From NCBI GenBank assembly GCA_963733295.1, contig CAVTCS010000003.1, forward strand, positions 320,001-384,000: a stretch of 64,000 nt of DNA, in the 5' to 3' direction. The translations under genes were made by a program, and so were the position numbers. Below the pieces are notes generated by a model. The model ran no database searches. It saw only the letters and a list, made by a program, of their open reading frames with translations, and was not told the origin of the DNA. The stretch is from Vulcanimicrobiota bacterium (GTDB lineage: Bacteria; Vulcanimicrobiota; Vulcanimicrobiia; Vulcanimicrobiales; Vulcanimicrobiaceae). Shown piece by piece: positions 18,278-28,487 of this stretch (position 1 is its first letter; every line of letters begins with the position of its first letter).

Positions 18278-19546
18278 GTGCCGCGTCGGCGCGAGTTGGA
18301 GTTGGGACTCGGTGCGAACGCCGGACAGTTCTGGCTGCTCGTTGCGGTCAATGCGTTTGTCGGCTCGATGGTCGGAATCGAGCGCGACGTTCTCCCGCTC
18401 GTCGGTCAGCGCACCTTCGGCCTCGCATCGGAGACGGCCGTCCTCTCGTTCATCGTCACGTTCGGTTTCAGCAAGGCGCTTGCAAATCTGTACGCCGGAC
18501 GAACCGCCGATCGGACGGGACGCAAGCCGCTGCTGATCGCGGGCTGGCTCTTCGCTCTGCCGGTCCCTTTCCTTTTGATGTTCGCGCCTGCGTGGGGCTG
18601 GATCGTCTTCGCGAACGTTCTGCTCGGTATCAACCAGGGGTTGTGCTGGTCGATGACCGTCGTCATGAAGATCGATCTCGTCGGTCCGAAGCAGCGCGGT
18701 CTCGCGATGGGTCTCAACGAGTTCGCCGGATATCTCGCCGTCGGCGTCGCAGCTTACGCCTCGGGCGCCGTCGCGCAAGAGTATGGCCTGCGGCCTTGGC
18801 CGTTCGCTCTCGGGATCGTCTCGGTCGTGATCGGGCTCGTGTTATCGGCGTTCGTCGTGCGCGAGACTCACGCACACGCTCGGTATGAAGCCGCGCAGGC
18901 AGCGGCGCCACCCGCGGCGCCCTCATTCGCAGCGCTTTTCGTTAACGTTTCGTGGCGCGATCGAACGCTCTCCGCGATCAGCCAGGCCGGCCTCGTGAAC
19001 AACCTCAACGACGGCCTGGCCTGGGGCATCCTTCCGCTGTATTTCGCAGTTACCGGTCTCGACGTCGGACGGATCGCGATCCTGGCGGGTGCGTATCCGA
19101 CGACGTGGGGTCTCATGCAACTCGTCACCGGTCCGCTGTCCGACCGCGTCGGACGTAAGGCGATGATCGCGAGCGGGATGTGGCTTCAGGCGCTGGCGAT
19201 CGCGCTCTTCTTAGTGCCCGGAAGTTTCGCGCTCTGGTTTTTCGCGGCCGTGCTGCTCGGCGCGGGCACGGCGATGGTCTATCCGACGCTCTTGGCCGCG
19301 ATCGGGGACGTCGTCGAACCTCTCATCCGAGGCTCAGCGGTCGGGGTCTACCGCCTCTGGCGCGACTCGGGGTACGCATTCGGCGCCCTCATTTCAGGGA
19401 TCGTAGCGCAAGCCGCCGGACAGCGTGCAGCCATCGGCGTCGTCGCGGCGCTCACGTTTTTCTCCGGCGCGATCGTCATCGTGCGGATGCGCGAGACACA
19501 TGTTATGGTTAGCACGTTAAACAGAGCAAGGCACTTGCGACGCTGA
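18278..19546 (+). CDS. MFS transporter
   Basis: GRTADRTGRK and GPLSDRVGRK motif A; about 12 TM segments. Confidence 0.9.
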   Translation: MPRRRELELGLGANAGQFWLLVAVNAFVGSMVGIERDVLPLVGQRTFGLASETAVLSFIVTFGFSKALANLYAGRTADRTGRKPLLIAGWLFALPVPFLLMFAPAWGWIVFANVLLGINQGLCWSMTVVMKIDLVGPKQRGLAMGLNEFAGYLAVGVAAYASGAVAQEYGLRPWPFALGIVSVVIGLVLSAFVVRETHAHARYEAAQAAAPPAAPSFAALFVNVSWRDRTLSAISQAGLVNNLNDGLAWGILPLYFAVTGLDVGRIAILAGAYPTTWGLMQLVTGPLSDRVGRKAMIASGMWLQALAIALFLVPGSFALWFFAAVLLGAGTAMVYPTLLAAIGDVVEPLIRGSAVGVYRLWRDSGYAFGALISGIVAQAAGQRAAIGVVAALTFFSGAIVIVRMRETHVMVSTLNRARHLRR

Positions 19547-19562
19547 GCGGGAGTAAACGGCC

Positions 19563-19877
19563 ATGCAGCATTTCGCAGTGATACTGGAGCGTGGCCCTGC
19601 GTGGGATTGGTCGCTGCCGATGCGCCGCCAGGCGGAGTGGGAAGCGCACGCCGCTTTCATGGACGCTCTTGCGGACGAAGGATTCATCGTTGCGGGCGGT
19701 CCGCTCGGCGGCGAGAACGATGCCGCGCGTGTTTTGCACATCGTAGCGGCACTCGACGCGAGCGCGATCGAAATGCGGCTGGCCCAGGATCCGTGGGCCC
19801 CAATGCACCTGCTGAAAACGGTAAGCATCGAACCCTGGACGGTGCTCCTAGGCCGCCTTTCCGGCGCGGCTCCTTGA
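19563..19877 (+). CDS. YciI-like protein
   Basis: HAAFMDAL..EG.IVAGGPL, DPW, IEPW. Confidence 0.75.
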   Translation: MQHFAVILERGPAWDWSLPMRRQAEWEAHAAFMDALADEGFIVAGGPLGGENDAARVLHIVAALDASAIEMRLAQDPWAPMHLLKTVSIEPWTVLLGRLSGAAP

Positions 19878-19884
19878 CGGTCGA

Positions 19885-20742
19885 CTAAGCCAGCGCTGCC
19901 ATGTCTTCGGCGCTCAACGCGATCTCGGCGGCCGCAACGTTCTCGTCGAAGTGAGCGATCGAGCTGGTACCCGGAATCGGAACGATGTTCGCAGATCGCG
20001 CCAACAACCAGGCGAGCGCGATCTGCGCGGGGGCCGCGTTCTTACGCTTGGCGATTCGCGCGAGCGCCGCATGGCTGAGCGTTCCTCTGCCGCCGAGCGG
20101 AAACCACGGCAGGAACGCAATGCCGTCGCGCTCGCAGGCGTCGAGCACGGCTTCGGCGCTGCGATCCTCCACGTTGTAGCGGTTCTGCACCGAGACGATC
20201 GCCGCAGATTTCTTGCAACGCTCGTATTCTTCGACCGATGTTTCCGAAACACCGATGTGACGAATCTTGCCCTCGCGCTGCATTTCGCTCAGAGCACCGA
20301 GCGATTCCTCGACCGGAACCTTCGGATCGATGCGGTGGAGTTGATAGAGGTCGATGCGCTGCAATTTCAAACGGCGCAAGCTGCCCGCGACGCACTCGCG
20401 CAGCCGTTCGGGTCGCGCGTCGATCTGCCAGTGGTCTGGGCCGGTTCGCTTGAAACCGCCCTTCGTAGCGATAACGACACCTGGCGGGTAGGGTGCGAGG
20501 GCTTCCGCGATGATTTCTTCGCTTACCTCCGGTCCGTAAGAGTCGGCCGTGTCGATGAAGTTCACGCCGCTCTCGACCACGTGACGCACCAATTTGACGG
20601 CGCCTGCCCAGTCGGGCGGAGGACCCCAGATTCCTTGCCCGGTGATCCGCATCGCGCCGAAACCGAGTCGCCGGATGGTCAGATCGCCGCCGATCGTCGT
20701 TTCCCCAACCAGCGAATGAGAGGTCATCGAGTGTTTGCTCAT
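19885..20742 (-). CDS. Aldo/keto reductase
   Basis: RLGFGAM, FIDTADSYG, IATKGG, IDLYQLH, GKIRHIGVS, PIPGT; GGAGGAG SD. Confidence 0.93.
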   Translation of the reverse strand: MSKHSMTSHSLVGETTIGGDLTIRRLGFGAMRITGQGIWGPPPDWAGAVKLVRHVVESGVNFIDTADSYGPEVSEEIIAEALAPYPPGVVIATKGGFKRTGPDHWQIDARPERLRECVAGSLRRLKLQRIDLYQLHRIDPKVPVEESLGALSEMQREGKIRHIGVSETSVEEYERCKKSAAIVSVQNRYNVEDRSAEAVLDACERDGIAFLPWFPLGGRGTLSHAALARIAKRKNAAPAQIALAWLLARSANIVPIPGTSSIAHFDENVAAAEIALSAEDMAALA

Positions 20743-20803
20743 GGCTACTCCTCCGTACCCGCCTCCCTGGAATGTCACTCGGTGGCGTCGTACTCTCGTG
20801 CGC

Positions 20804-21562
20804 ATGAAGAAGATTGCGGTAACGGGCGCCGCCGGCCTCGTCGGCAGCTCGCTTTGCGCCGACCTGGCTCGCGACCACGAGGTCGTCCAGATCGATCTTC
20901 TCGGTGCCGGCGTCATCGCCGACGTGCGAGATCTCGAAGCGCTGAAGCGAGCCTTCGAGGGCTGCGAGACCGTCGTGCACTTGGCGGGCATCGCGAGGGT
21001 GCAAACGCCATGGCCCGACATCCATTCGACCAACATCGAGGGTACCTACAACGCGTTCGAAGCCGCGCGTCAGACCGGTGTCAAGCGGCTGATCTTTGCA
21101 AGCTCGAACCACGCCGTCGGCATGTACGAGGTCGATAACCTGCCCGCGATCTACGAGCCCGGATTCGGACTCGTCGTGCGGACCGATGCGGAATTTCGTC
21201 CCGACTCGCTGTACGGTGTCTGGAAGGCATTCGGTGAAACGCTCGGCCGCTATTTCAGCGACAACTACGGCTTGCAGGTGACGTGCGTTCGCATCGGGTC
21301 GATTACCGCGGCCGACAACCCTCGCGACGAGAGCGTTCGCAGCTCGTCCCCCTGGCTGAATTTGACCGACGACCAGAAATTTGCGCGCTACGCGGCAACG
21401 TGGATGTCTCACGCCGATTTCGCGCGACTCGTGCGAGCAGTCATGTCGCGCGACGTGCCGTATGCGGTCATCTACGGCGTCGGAGACAATGCGACTCGAT
21501 TCTGGGACCTCGAACCGGGCCGCGCGCTCTTCGGCTTCTGGCCCCAGGACGGAACGCGTTAA
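20804..21562 (+). CDS. NAD-dependent epimerase/dehydratase (uronate dehydrogenase-like SDR)
   Basis: TGAAGLVG, HLAG, FASSNHAVG, YGVWK (YxxxK), RIGS. Confidence 0.85.
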   Translation: MKKIAVTGAAGLVGSSLCADLARDHEVVQIDLLGAGVIADVRDLEALKRAFEGCETVVHLAGIARVQTPWPDIHSTNIEGTYNAFEAARQTGVKRLIFASSNHAVGMYEVDNLPAIYEPGFGLVVRTDAEFRPDSLYGVWKAFGETLGRYFSDNYGLQVTCVRIGSITAADNPRDESVRSSSPWLNLTDDQKFARYAATWMSHADFARLVRAVMSRDVPYAVIYGVGDNATRFWDLEPGRALFGFWPQDGTR

Positions 21563-21586
21563 GGACCGAGTCCGCTCGAAGGTCTT

Positions 21587-22897
21587 TTACTGTTCGGCGA
21601 GTATTTCGCGCGCGGCGCGCAGTCCGCTCTGGAGCGCGCCCGCCACGGTTCCGCCTTCAGCACCGTCTGCTGTGGCTTCACCGGCGAACCAGAGCGTTCG
21701 GTCGACGGGCGCGGCTAAGGCGTTGCGAGCACCTTCGGCACCAACCAAAACGTACGTGTACGCACCACGGGCGTAGGGGTCGCCTTGCCAATCGTGCAGA
21801 TATCCGCCTTCGAACGTTTCTTCGGCGGCTCGCGCGTCGGCGAAATACCGCCCCGCACACGCGAGCGCAAGACGTTGGTGTTCTTCGCCGGTCGCGCCCG
21901 CCATTCGTTCGGCGACCGGGCCGCCGGCCCACGCGACGAGCGTGTTGGCGCGCACCGGCAACTGCGTCCACAGCGTCGGGAACTCACCGTCACCGCTAAA
22001 GAAGGCGCCGTCGCGCCAGGCTCCGCCTTTCAACGATTCCCAAAACGCCTCGCGAAACCGCAGGACGACCTTGATGACCGGTCCGGTCGCGATGCCGGCG
22101 ATTGCGTCGCGCGTCGGCGCTGGTAAGGCCGGCTCGAAGGCGATCGCGCCCTCCGCATCCGGCTCGGCGCCGAGGACTCCGTGGGGCACCGTGACGAGGG
22201 CGCGCCGCGCTCGAAACTCCACCTCACTGCCCCCAACGCGCGCGACGACGCGCACGCCTGCTGCGAGGCGCGTCACGCGAGTAACGACCGACTCAAGATG
22301 AAGAGCTACGTGCTCCGCCTCGAGCGAGCGCGACAAGTGCGCGGTAAGCTGCGCGTAGCCGCCGAGTGGACGCGACTGAGCCCCTTCGGCAGAAGCGTCG
22401 CCGGCCCACTCCCGTGCGATGGCGCGCGCGCTTGCGCGTGCTGGATCGGCGGCATCGAACCCGCTGACGAGACGCCGCGTCCACGTCCCCGCCTCCCGGC
22501 TCGCGCGGTCACGCGAGTTTCCGGCGATCAGCGCTTCGACGCTCTGATCCTCGTCACGCTCGAGAGCGCGCGCCAAGAGATCGCCGGCCGCTTCGAAGGG
22601 GTCGTTTTCGGCGGCTTGCAAGATACCGTCGCGAAGGATGAAACTGCTTTCGGCGTCGTCGATGACGGTCGCACCGTATTCGTGCAGCAGCTCGTACGTG
22701 ACGGCCGGTCTTCCATGGACGAACTCGGCGCCGAGCTCGATCGACGCGAGTGCGCGAGGTTCCCAAATGCTGCGCATCCGGCCACCGGTACGATCGCGAG
22801 CTTCGAGGAGCGCCACGGAACGCCCGGCGCGCGCGAGTTCTCTCGCCGCGATCATCCCCGCGGCTCCGGCGCCGACGACGACTGCGTCATATTCCAA
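21587..22897 (-). CDS. Flavin monoamine oxidase family protein
   Basis: GAGAAG, EARDRTGGR, ELGAEFVHG, W..DPYARGAY, FAGEAT..GTVAGA..SG.RAA. Confidence 0.9.
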   Translation of the reverse strand: MEYDAVVVGAGAAGMIAARELARAGRSVALLEARDRTGGRMRSIWEPRALASIELGAEFVHGRPAVTYELLHEYGATVIDDAESSFILRDGILQAAENDPFEAAGDLLARALERDEDQSVEALIAGNSRDRASREAGTWTRRLVSGFDAADPARASARAIAREWAGDASAEGAQSRPLGGYAQLTAHLSRSLEAEHVALHLESVVTRVTRLAAGVRVVARVGGSEVEFRARRALVTVPHGVLGAEPDAEGAIAFEPALPAPTRDAIAGIATGPVIKVVLRFREAFWESLKGGAWRDGAFFSGDGEFPTLWTQLPVRANTLVAWAGGPVAERMAGATGEEHQRLALACAGRYFADARAAEETFEGGYLHDWQGDPYARGAYTYVLVGAEGARNALAAPVDRTLWFAGEATADGAEGGTVAGALQSGLRAAREILAEQ

Positions 22898-22926
22898 GAT
22901 CTACCACTCCGCCTCCGAGACCGAGC

Positions 22927-24057
22927 ATGCTCCGTAAGCTCTTCCCGATCTACCTCATCATTTTCATCGACGTGCTCGGCTTCACGTTCCTGATTCCTCT
23001 GTTGCCGGCGCTGGCCGAGAAGTTTGCGGCCTCTCCGTTGACGATGGGGCTGCTGATTTCGACGACTGCGGCGTGCGCCGCAATCTCCTCCCCCGTGTGG
23101 GGAAAGCTGAGCGATCGGATCGGGCGCAAAGCCGTGTTGCTCTGTTCCCAGTGTTTTTCGCTCGCCGGCTACTTTCTCTTGGCCATAGCGGGCAACGTCC
23201 CGATCCTCTTCGCCTCGCGCGCAATCGAAGGATTGGGCGGCGGAAATCTCGGCGTCGCGCAATCGTACATCGTCGATTCGGTACCGGAAGATCAACGCGA
23301 AAAGGCGCTTTCGTGGGGAGCCGCAGCCTTCGGGCTCGGCTTCGTCGTGGGTCCGCTCATGAGCGGTCAGCTATATCGCGCGGGCCTGACGGTGCCGTTC
23401 TGGGTCGCCGCGGGTCTCGAGGCCGTCAACCTCGTCCTGACGTTCTTCACGCTGCCGGCGACGAAACCGCACGATGCACGGACTCTCGATCTTCGGCGAA
23501 TCGTGGCCACAATCGAGACGCCGGCCCTGCTCAACGTGCTCGCGCGTCAGTTTCTCTATATCTTCTCGTATACGTATTTCTTCACGGTCTTCGGTCTCTT
23601 TGTCGGGAAGGCGTTGCACGGGGACGCCGAGGTGTCGAGTTTACTCCTCGGCGTGGCCGGAGCGGTTGGGGCGCTGGCTCAAATTTTCCTCGCCCACAGA
23701 ATGAGCGCACGCTTGGGAAACTTCGTGCTGTCGGAATGGATGTTCGGCCTTTCGTTCGTCGCATACGCCTTACTCGGATTCGTATCGACCTTCTGGTGGT
23801 TCGTCGCTCTGTTGATCGTCTGGGCGGTTCCGGGAGCGATCCTACAGCCGACGCTAAGTACGCTGCTGGCCGAGCGTGCACCGGAAGATCAGCGCGGCGC
23901 CGTGCTCGGAGTCGCCGATTCGCTCGACAACGCGTCGATGATCTTCGCGCCCGCGCTGGCGAGCGCGATTCTAAGCGCCGACGTGCGTCTGATCGGCATC
24001 GTTCCCGCGCTTTGCGCGCTGGGTGCGATCGCGCTCGGGCTAGAGCGGCGCAAGTAG
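22927..24057 (+). CDS. MFS transporter (TetA/DHA1-like)
   Basis: FIDVLGF..LIPLLP, GKLSDRIGRK, GLGFVVGP. Confidence 0.88.
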   Translation: MLRKLFPIYLIIFIDVLGFTFLIPLLPALAEKFAASPLTMGLLISTTAACAAISSPVWGKLSDRIGRKAVLLCSQCFSLAGYFLLAIAGNVPILFASRAIEGLGGGNLGVAQSYIVDSVPEDQREKALSWGAAAFGLGFVVGPLMSGQLYRAGLTVPFWVAAGLEAVNLVLTFFTLPATKPHDARTLDLRRIVATIETPALLNVLARQFLYIFSYTYFFTVFGLFVGKALHGDAEVSSLLLGVAGAVGALAQIFLAHRMSARLGNFVLSEWMFGLSFVAYALLGFVSTFWWFVALLIVWAVPGAILQPTLSTLLAERAPEDQRGAVLGVADSLDNASMIFAPALASAILSADVRLIGIVPALCALGAIALGLERRK

Positions 24058-24738
24058 CTGCGCGAGCAGTTCGGTTGCCGGCTTCTCGCGGAGCGTCTCC
24101 CAAGATCCGTCTTGCACCGCGCGACCGCTCTCGATCACGACGACGCGCGGACAGAGCCGGGCGAGCACTTCGGCTTCGTGATCGACGACCAGCATCGTGA
24201 AACCGAGCTCTTTCTGCCACTGTGCGACCGCCGCGAGCAACTCGCGCACGAGATGCCGGTCAAGACCGTTGAACGGTTCGTCCAGCAGGACCAAAGGCGG
24301 CTTGCGAGCCAGCATTCGGGCGAGCGCGACGCGGCGCGCTTGTCCGCCCGAAATCGCGCGTGCCGGCTGGTTCCAAATCGAACTGAGTTCCAGCCGATCG
24401 CGCAACTGAGCGACCCACGCGTCGCCTTCCTCACGCTTGCCGTTCGTTAAGCCGAAGCGGACGTTTTCGGAAACCCGTAGGTGCGGAAATAGATCGGCAT
24501 CTTGCGTGAGATATCCGACCGGACGCAGATGGAGCGGAAGCGGAGGCGGGAACAGCGTCACGCCGTCGAGGATGACGTGTCCGGCGTCCGGTTCGATGGC
24601 GCCGGCGATGCAGGCCAGGAACGTGCTCTTCCCCGCGCCGGAGACGCCGAACAGTCCGCACGCGTCGCCCGACCCGAGGAGGAGCGAAATGTCCACGGTG
24701 AATTCGCGACGAGCTTTGACGATGTGTGCGTCAAACAC
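24040..24738 (-). CDS. Molybdate/tungstate ABC transporter ATPase (ModC-like)
   Basis: GVSGAGKS, ISGGQ, LLDEPF; operon context. Confidence 0.85.
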   Translation of the reverse strand: MFDAHIVKARREFTVDISLLLGSGDACGLFGVSGAGKSTFLACIAGAIEPDAGHVILDGVTLFPPPLPLHLRPVGYLTQDADLFPHLRVSENVRFGLTNGKREEGDAWVAQLRDRLELSSIWNQPARAISGGQARRVALARMLARKPPLVLLDEPFNGLDRHLVRELLAAVAQWQKELGFTMLVVDHEAEVLARLCPRVVVIESGRAVQDGSWETLREKPATELLAQLLAPL

Positions 24739-25480
24739 GCGCGAAGCGCCGTTGAGCCACGACGTGGGCAAGCCAGGGCAGCGGCAGCGAAGTCACCAGG
24801 AACACGATCAAGAGCGGCATCACGGCCGGCAACCCGAAGTTTTCCAAACTGGTCCACATTGCAACCGGCATTCCGGCGGGATAGTACGCGGTTATCACGA
24901 CGGCGCCGAATTCCGTCAGCGCGCGCACCCATGCCAAGCTCAGAGCGACCGCGAAACCCAAGCGAGCGATCGGAAAGGTGACGCGCCAAAACACGTTCCA
25001 ACGGTCGTGTCCCAACAAGCCGGCCTGGACCTGCAGCGCCGGCGGCACCGAGTCGAGCGCGGCGATCGTCCCGAGAACGTAGTAGCCGATGCTCACGTAG
25101 ATTTGGGTGACGACGAATGCGAGCGGCGTATTCGTCAGGCGGATGCCGGCCTGTCCGAGGATTCCACCTAGGGCGTGCGGACCGAACGCGAGCGAAAGCA
25201 AAATGCCGAGCGCGAGCGGGGGCAAGAGAACCGAAATCAACAGGATCGCTTGCCACCAGAGGCGTTCGGTACTCGACGTACGAGCGACGTACAATGCCAT
25301 CGGGGTCCCTAAGACGACGACTACGACCATCGCGAGGCCGGTGAGGAGCAGGGAAACGCGGACGGCTGCGGCGATCGCCGAGCCGTCGCCCCAATACCAC
25401 GGGCCGACGGGCACGAACAGGCCGGCCAGCGGGTAGAGGAGGACGGCTGCGAAAATCGCAGCGCCGGCGCGCTTCAACAA
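24731..25480 (-). CDS. Molybdate/tungstate ABC permease (ModB-like)
   Basis: LPPLALG, WVRALTEFGAVVITAYYP. Confidence 0.85.
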   Translation of the reverse strand: MLKRAGAAIFAAVLLYPLAGLFVPVGPWYWGDGSAIAAAVRVSLLLTGLAMVVVVVLGTPMALYVARTSSTERLWWQAILLISVLLPPLALGILLSLAFGPHALGGILGQAGIRLTNTPLAFVVTQIYVSIGYYVLGTIAALDSVPPALQVQAGLLGHDRWNVFWRVTFPIARLGFAVALSLAWVRALTEFGAVVITAYYPAGMPVAMWTSLENFGLPAVMPLLIVFLVTSLPLPWLAHVVAQRRFARV

Positions 25481-25492
25481 TACGTAGAGCGA

Positions 25493-26410
25493 CTACGCAC
25501 CGAGCGGTGCGGCCCCGGCCGGTAGATCGTAGAAATACTGCTTGAAGATCGCCTGACCGCCTGCTCCGAGCCATGCCACGAACGCTTGCGCCTTCTCTTT
25601 GTGCGCCGCGTCGTTCAGAACCGCCGCGTAGTAGACGAGGGGCTCGGGGTGATACGTTTTGCCGCCGAGATCGAGCGATGCCGCCGCGTAGCGATCGTGC
25701 ATCGATCCGTTGCCGAGATTGATTTCGTCGGGAAGGTTTATATACGGCAGGTTAAACGGACCCGGCTGAATTCTGTACGCCGAAGCAGCGTCCAGTTCGC
25801 CGCTCTGCAAACGCGCCTGGACGGTGGGTTCGCTGAAAATTTGGGCCGGGTTGATCGTCTGACCCAGAACCTTGTCGGCGAAGCCGGGCTGTTTGTAGTA
25901 TGCCTCAGCGAGTTGCAGCGTGAAAATGATGTTGCGGCCTTGGGGATCCGTCATCGGGTCGGTCCTCCCAAAGCGCAGATCGCTCTCCTGGAGGATCTGC
26001 CACCACTGCCTCGCGCCGCGACTTCCCTTGGCCGCAGCGTCGAACTGCGATGCGTACTTGCCCTTGGGGCTGTACGCGATGACCATCTCCGTTCGCGCGA
26101 CGGGAACTGCGCGGGTCGCCTTTCCGCCCTGTAGTACCGTCATCATGGGACTCGGCGTGACGGGTATGAACACGTCGGGCGAGATGCTGCCGCCTACGAT
26201 GAGCTTGGCGAGCGCGTCGGAACCTTGTGCCCGCCCTTGCATCGCCACTTGCAGCGTTTGTGCCGCGGCCGCTTTGATCGGGCCTTCCATCATCGAACCC
26301 ATCGATCCGGCGTAGGCGACGTCGAGCGGTGTCAGTTCTTGCGCGCTCGCGGCACGCGCGCCCAGCGCGATGGCGGCGGAGCTCCCGGCGATCCAGGTGC
26401 GGCGGTTCAT
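25493..26410 (-). CDS. Molybdate/tungstate-binding protein (WtpA/ModA-like), Tat-like signal
   Basis: MNRRTW signal, YAGSM, RFGRTDP.TDPQG, LPDEINLG. Confidence 0.85.
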   Translation of the reverse strand: MNRRTWIAGSSAAIALGARAASAQELTPLDVAYAGSMGSMMEGPIKAAAAQTLQVAMQGRAQGSDALAKLIVGGSISPDVFIPVTPSPMMTVLQGGKATRAVPVARTEMVIAYSPKGKYASQFDAAAKGSRGARQWWQILQESDLRFGRTDPMTDPQGRNIIFTLQLAEAYYKQPGFADKVLGQTINPAQIFSEPTVQARLQSGELDAASAYRIQPGPFNLPYINLPDEINLGNGSMHDRYAAASLDLGGKTYHPEPLVYYAAVLNDAAHKEKAQAFVAWLGAGGQAIFKQYFYDLPAGAAPLGA

Positions 26411-27390
26411 GCGATGCGTTCTCCCGTTCTGCGGACGTCGTAGGTTTTGAGGGCTTCTAGGTCGCGGTGATATGAGTTCGAGCGTAATGCGTCGAGCAAC
26501 ACACGAATTTCGGTCGTCTGAAGCGCGTCACGAGGAACGAGCAACGCGCAGCGTTCCTGCCGCAACGGAACGAACGATAAGTCGAAGAGATGCGCTACGC
26601 TCGCCATGCCGACGGCCGCGTCGGCGAAGCCTTGCGCGACTGCTCGTCCCGCGTCAAGCTGGCCGGCGAGTTCGTGGCGATATCCCGCGAGCCGGCGCGG
26701 ATCGACGGCGGCCCTGCGCAATTGCTGGTCGAACAACTGCCGCGCGCCCGCGCCGGCGGGTCTGTTTACGACGCGCGCTTTCGTTCGAACGAGATCCGCG
26801 GCGCCGTGCAAACCGAGCGGGTTTCCACGGCCGGCCAGCCAGCCGGCCTCCGTCGTCGCGAGTTCGAAACGCACGAACTTTCCGGCGTGCGCCGCTCTTT
26901 GGGCCGGAGCGTCGCCGTGCACGACCGCCGCATGCACTTCGTTCCGAGCGAGCGCGCCGAGCGCCGCGCGATTGGTCATCGGCAACCAGAGCACGCGCGC
27001 GGCCCGCGAGCGAGTCATCGCGTGACGCGATAAGAGACCGACGGCGAGGTCGCAGCCGGCCACGAAGACGTTCGATACGGTAGCGTCGCCTGGCTCGATC
27101 GCGAGATGATCGGCGTTGAGAGCGTGGCTTACGATTCGGCCGGCGATCGTCGCGCTTGCGATGCGCGGGCGGTCCCGCTCGGGCTCGCCGGGATTGCCGA
27201 ACAGATCTTCGACGCTCGTGTCCAGCGCTCGCGCGAGCGCAAGCGCGATACCCACGCTCGGCTGCATGCGTCCGCTCTCGATCGCGCCGACGGCTTGCCG
27301 AGTGATGCCTGCCGTTTCCGCCAAGGCCCGCTGGGAAAGGCCGCGCGCCCGCCGCAGGGACTCGAGCCGTCCGGCATCGATCGTTGCCAT
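26407..27390 (-). CDS. XRE-HTH plus PBP-domain transcriptional regulator (molybdate/tungstate)
   Basis: LSQRALAETAGITRQAVGAIESG..PS; AGCD; GNPLG; VNRPAGAGAR. Confidence 0.82.
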   Translation of the reverse strand: MATIDAGRLESLRRARGLSQRALAETAGITRQAVGAIESGRMQPSVGIALALARALDTSVEDLFGNPGEPERDRPRIASATIAGRIVSHALNADHLAIEPGDATVSNVFVAGCDLAVGLLSRHAMTRSRAARVLWLPMTNRAALGALARNEVHAAVVHGDAPAQRAAHAGKFVRFELATTEAGWLAGRGNPLGLHGAADLVRTKARVVNRPAGAGARQLFDQQLRRAAVDPRRLAGYRHELAGQLDAGRAVAQGFADAAVGMASVAHLFDLSFVPLRQERCALLVPRDALQTTEIRVLLDALRSNSYHRDLEALKTYDVRRTGERIA

Positions 27391-27473
27391 ACGCAACTAT
27401 CGTTGCGCCAAGGCACGCCGCGACCCCTCCGGCAGCGGGAGCAATGCAGCGCTTCGCCCGAACAGAAGAGAGC

Positions 27474-28469
27474 GTGAGCCTCTTAATCGGTTTCGGCGGC
27501 ACGATCGGCAACACACCCCACATCGTGCTGCCGAAGCTTTCGGCGGCGCTCGGCCGTACGATCGTCGGCAAGGCTGAGTTCTTGAACCCCGGGGGTTCGG
27601 TGAAAGACCGGGCTGCGCGCGGCATCGTCGACGATGCCGAAGCGCGCGGCGCGCTCGCGCCGGGCGGGACGGTCGTCGAGGGCACGGCGGGCAACACGGG
27701 GATCGCGCTCTGTCTGATCGGCAACTCTCGCGGCTACCGCACGATCATCTGCATTCCCGACGATCAGTCGCAGGAGAAGTACGAACTCCTGGGGACGATC
27801 GGTGCGGACCTGCGCATCGTTCCGGCGGTTCCGTTTACCAACCCTGAAAACTACTATCACGTCGCGCGTCGCATTGCCGAACAAACGCCGGGAGCGATCT
27901 GGGCCGATCAGTTCAACAACACGGCGAACCGCCGGGCGCACTACTCCACGACCGGTCCTGAGATTTGGGATGCCCTCGGCTCGGAGGCGACGGCCTTCGT
28001 CGCCGCCTGCGGTACCGGCGGGACGCTCGCCGGAACGAGCGCTTTCCTCAAAGAGATGAATCCAGCGATTCGCACCGTCCTGTGCGATCCGATGGGATCG
28101 GCGCTCTTCAGTTTCGTAAAACGCGGAGTTCTCGAAGCCGAGGGCGATTCGAACGTCGAGGGGATCGGGATCAAGCGGATCACCGAGAACTTCAAGGACG
28201 CACCCATCGACGACGCACTGCAAGTCGACGACCGGACGGCAATCGAGATGGCCCACTGGCTGCTACGCGAGGAAGGCCTCTACGTCGGCGGCTCCGCTGC
28301 GCTCAATGTGGCCGGAGCGGCGCGCTACGCCCGAACTCTGCCCGGCGGCAGCACGGTCGTCACGGTGCTTTGTGACGGCGGCGAACGCTATCGTTCGCGC
28401 ATTTGGAACCGGGCTTGGTTGACGGAGAACGAATGCGTGCCGTCGGCGAGCGGGCTCGAGTTTCTGTAG
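27474..28469 (+). CDS. cysK: Cysteine synthase (PLP-dependent)
   Basis: IGNTP, KAEFLNPGGSVKDRAA, EGTAGNTG, GTGGT, EGIG, LCDGG.RY. Start is 27444 or 27474. Confidence 0.88.
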   Translation: MSLLIGFGGTIGNTPHIVLPKLSAALGRTIVGKAEFLNPGGSVKDRAARGIVDDAEARGALAPGGTVVEGTAGNTGIALCLIGNSRGYRTIICIPDDQSQEKYELLGTIGADLRIVPAVPFTNPENYYHVARRIAEQTPGAIWADQFNNTANRRAHYSTTGPEIWDALGSEATAFVAACGTGGTLAGTSAFLKEMNPAIRTVLCDPMGSALFSFVKRGVLEAEGDSNVEGIGIKRITENFKDAPIDDALQVDDRTAIEMAHWLLREEGLYVGGSAALNVAGAARYARTLPGGSTVVTVLCDGGERYRSRIWNRAWLTENECVPSASGLEFL

Positions 28470-28487
28470 TTCATTAAGAGCAAGCGG

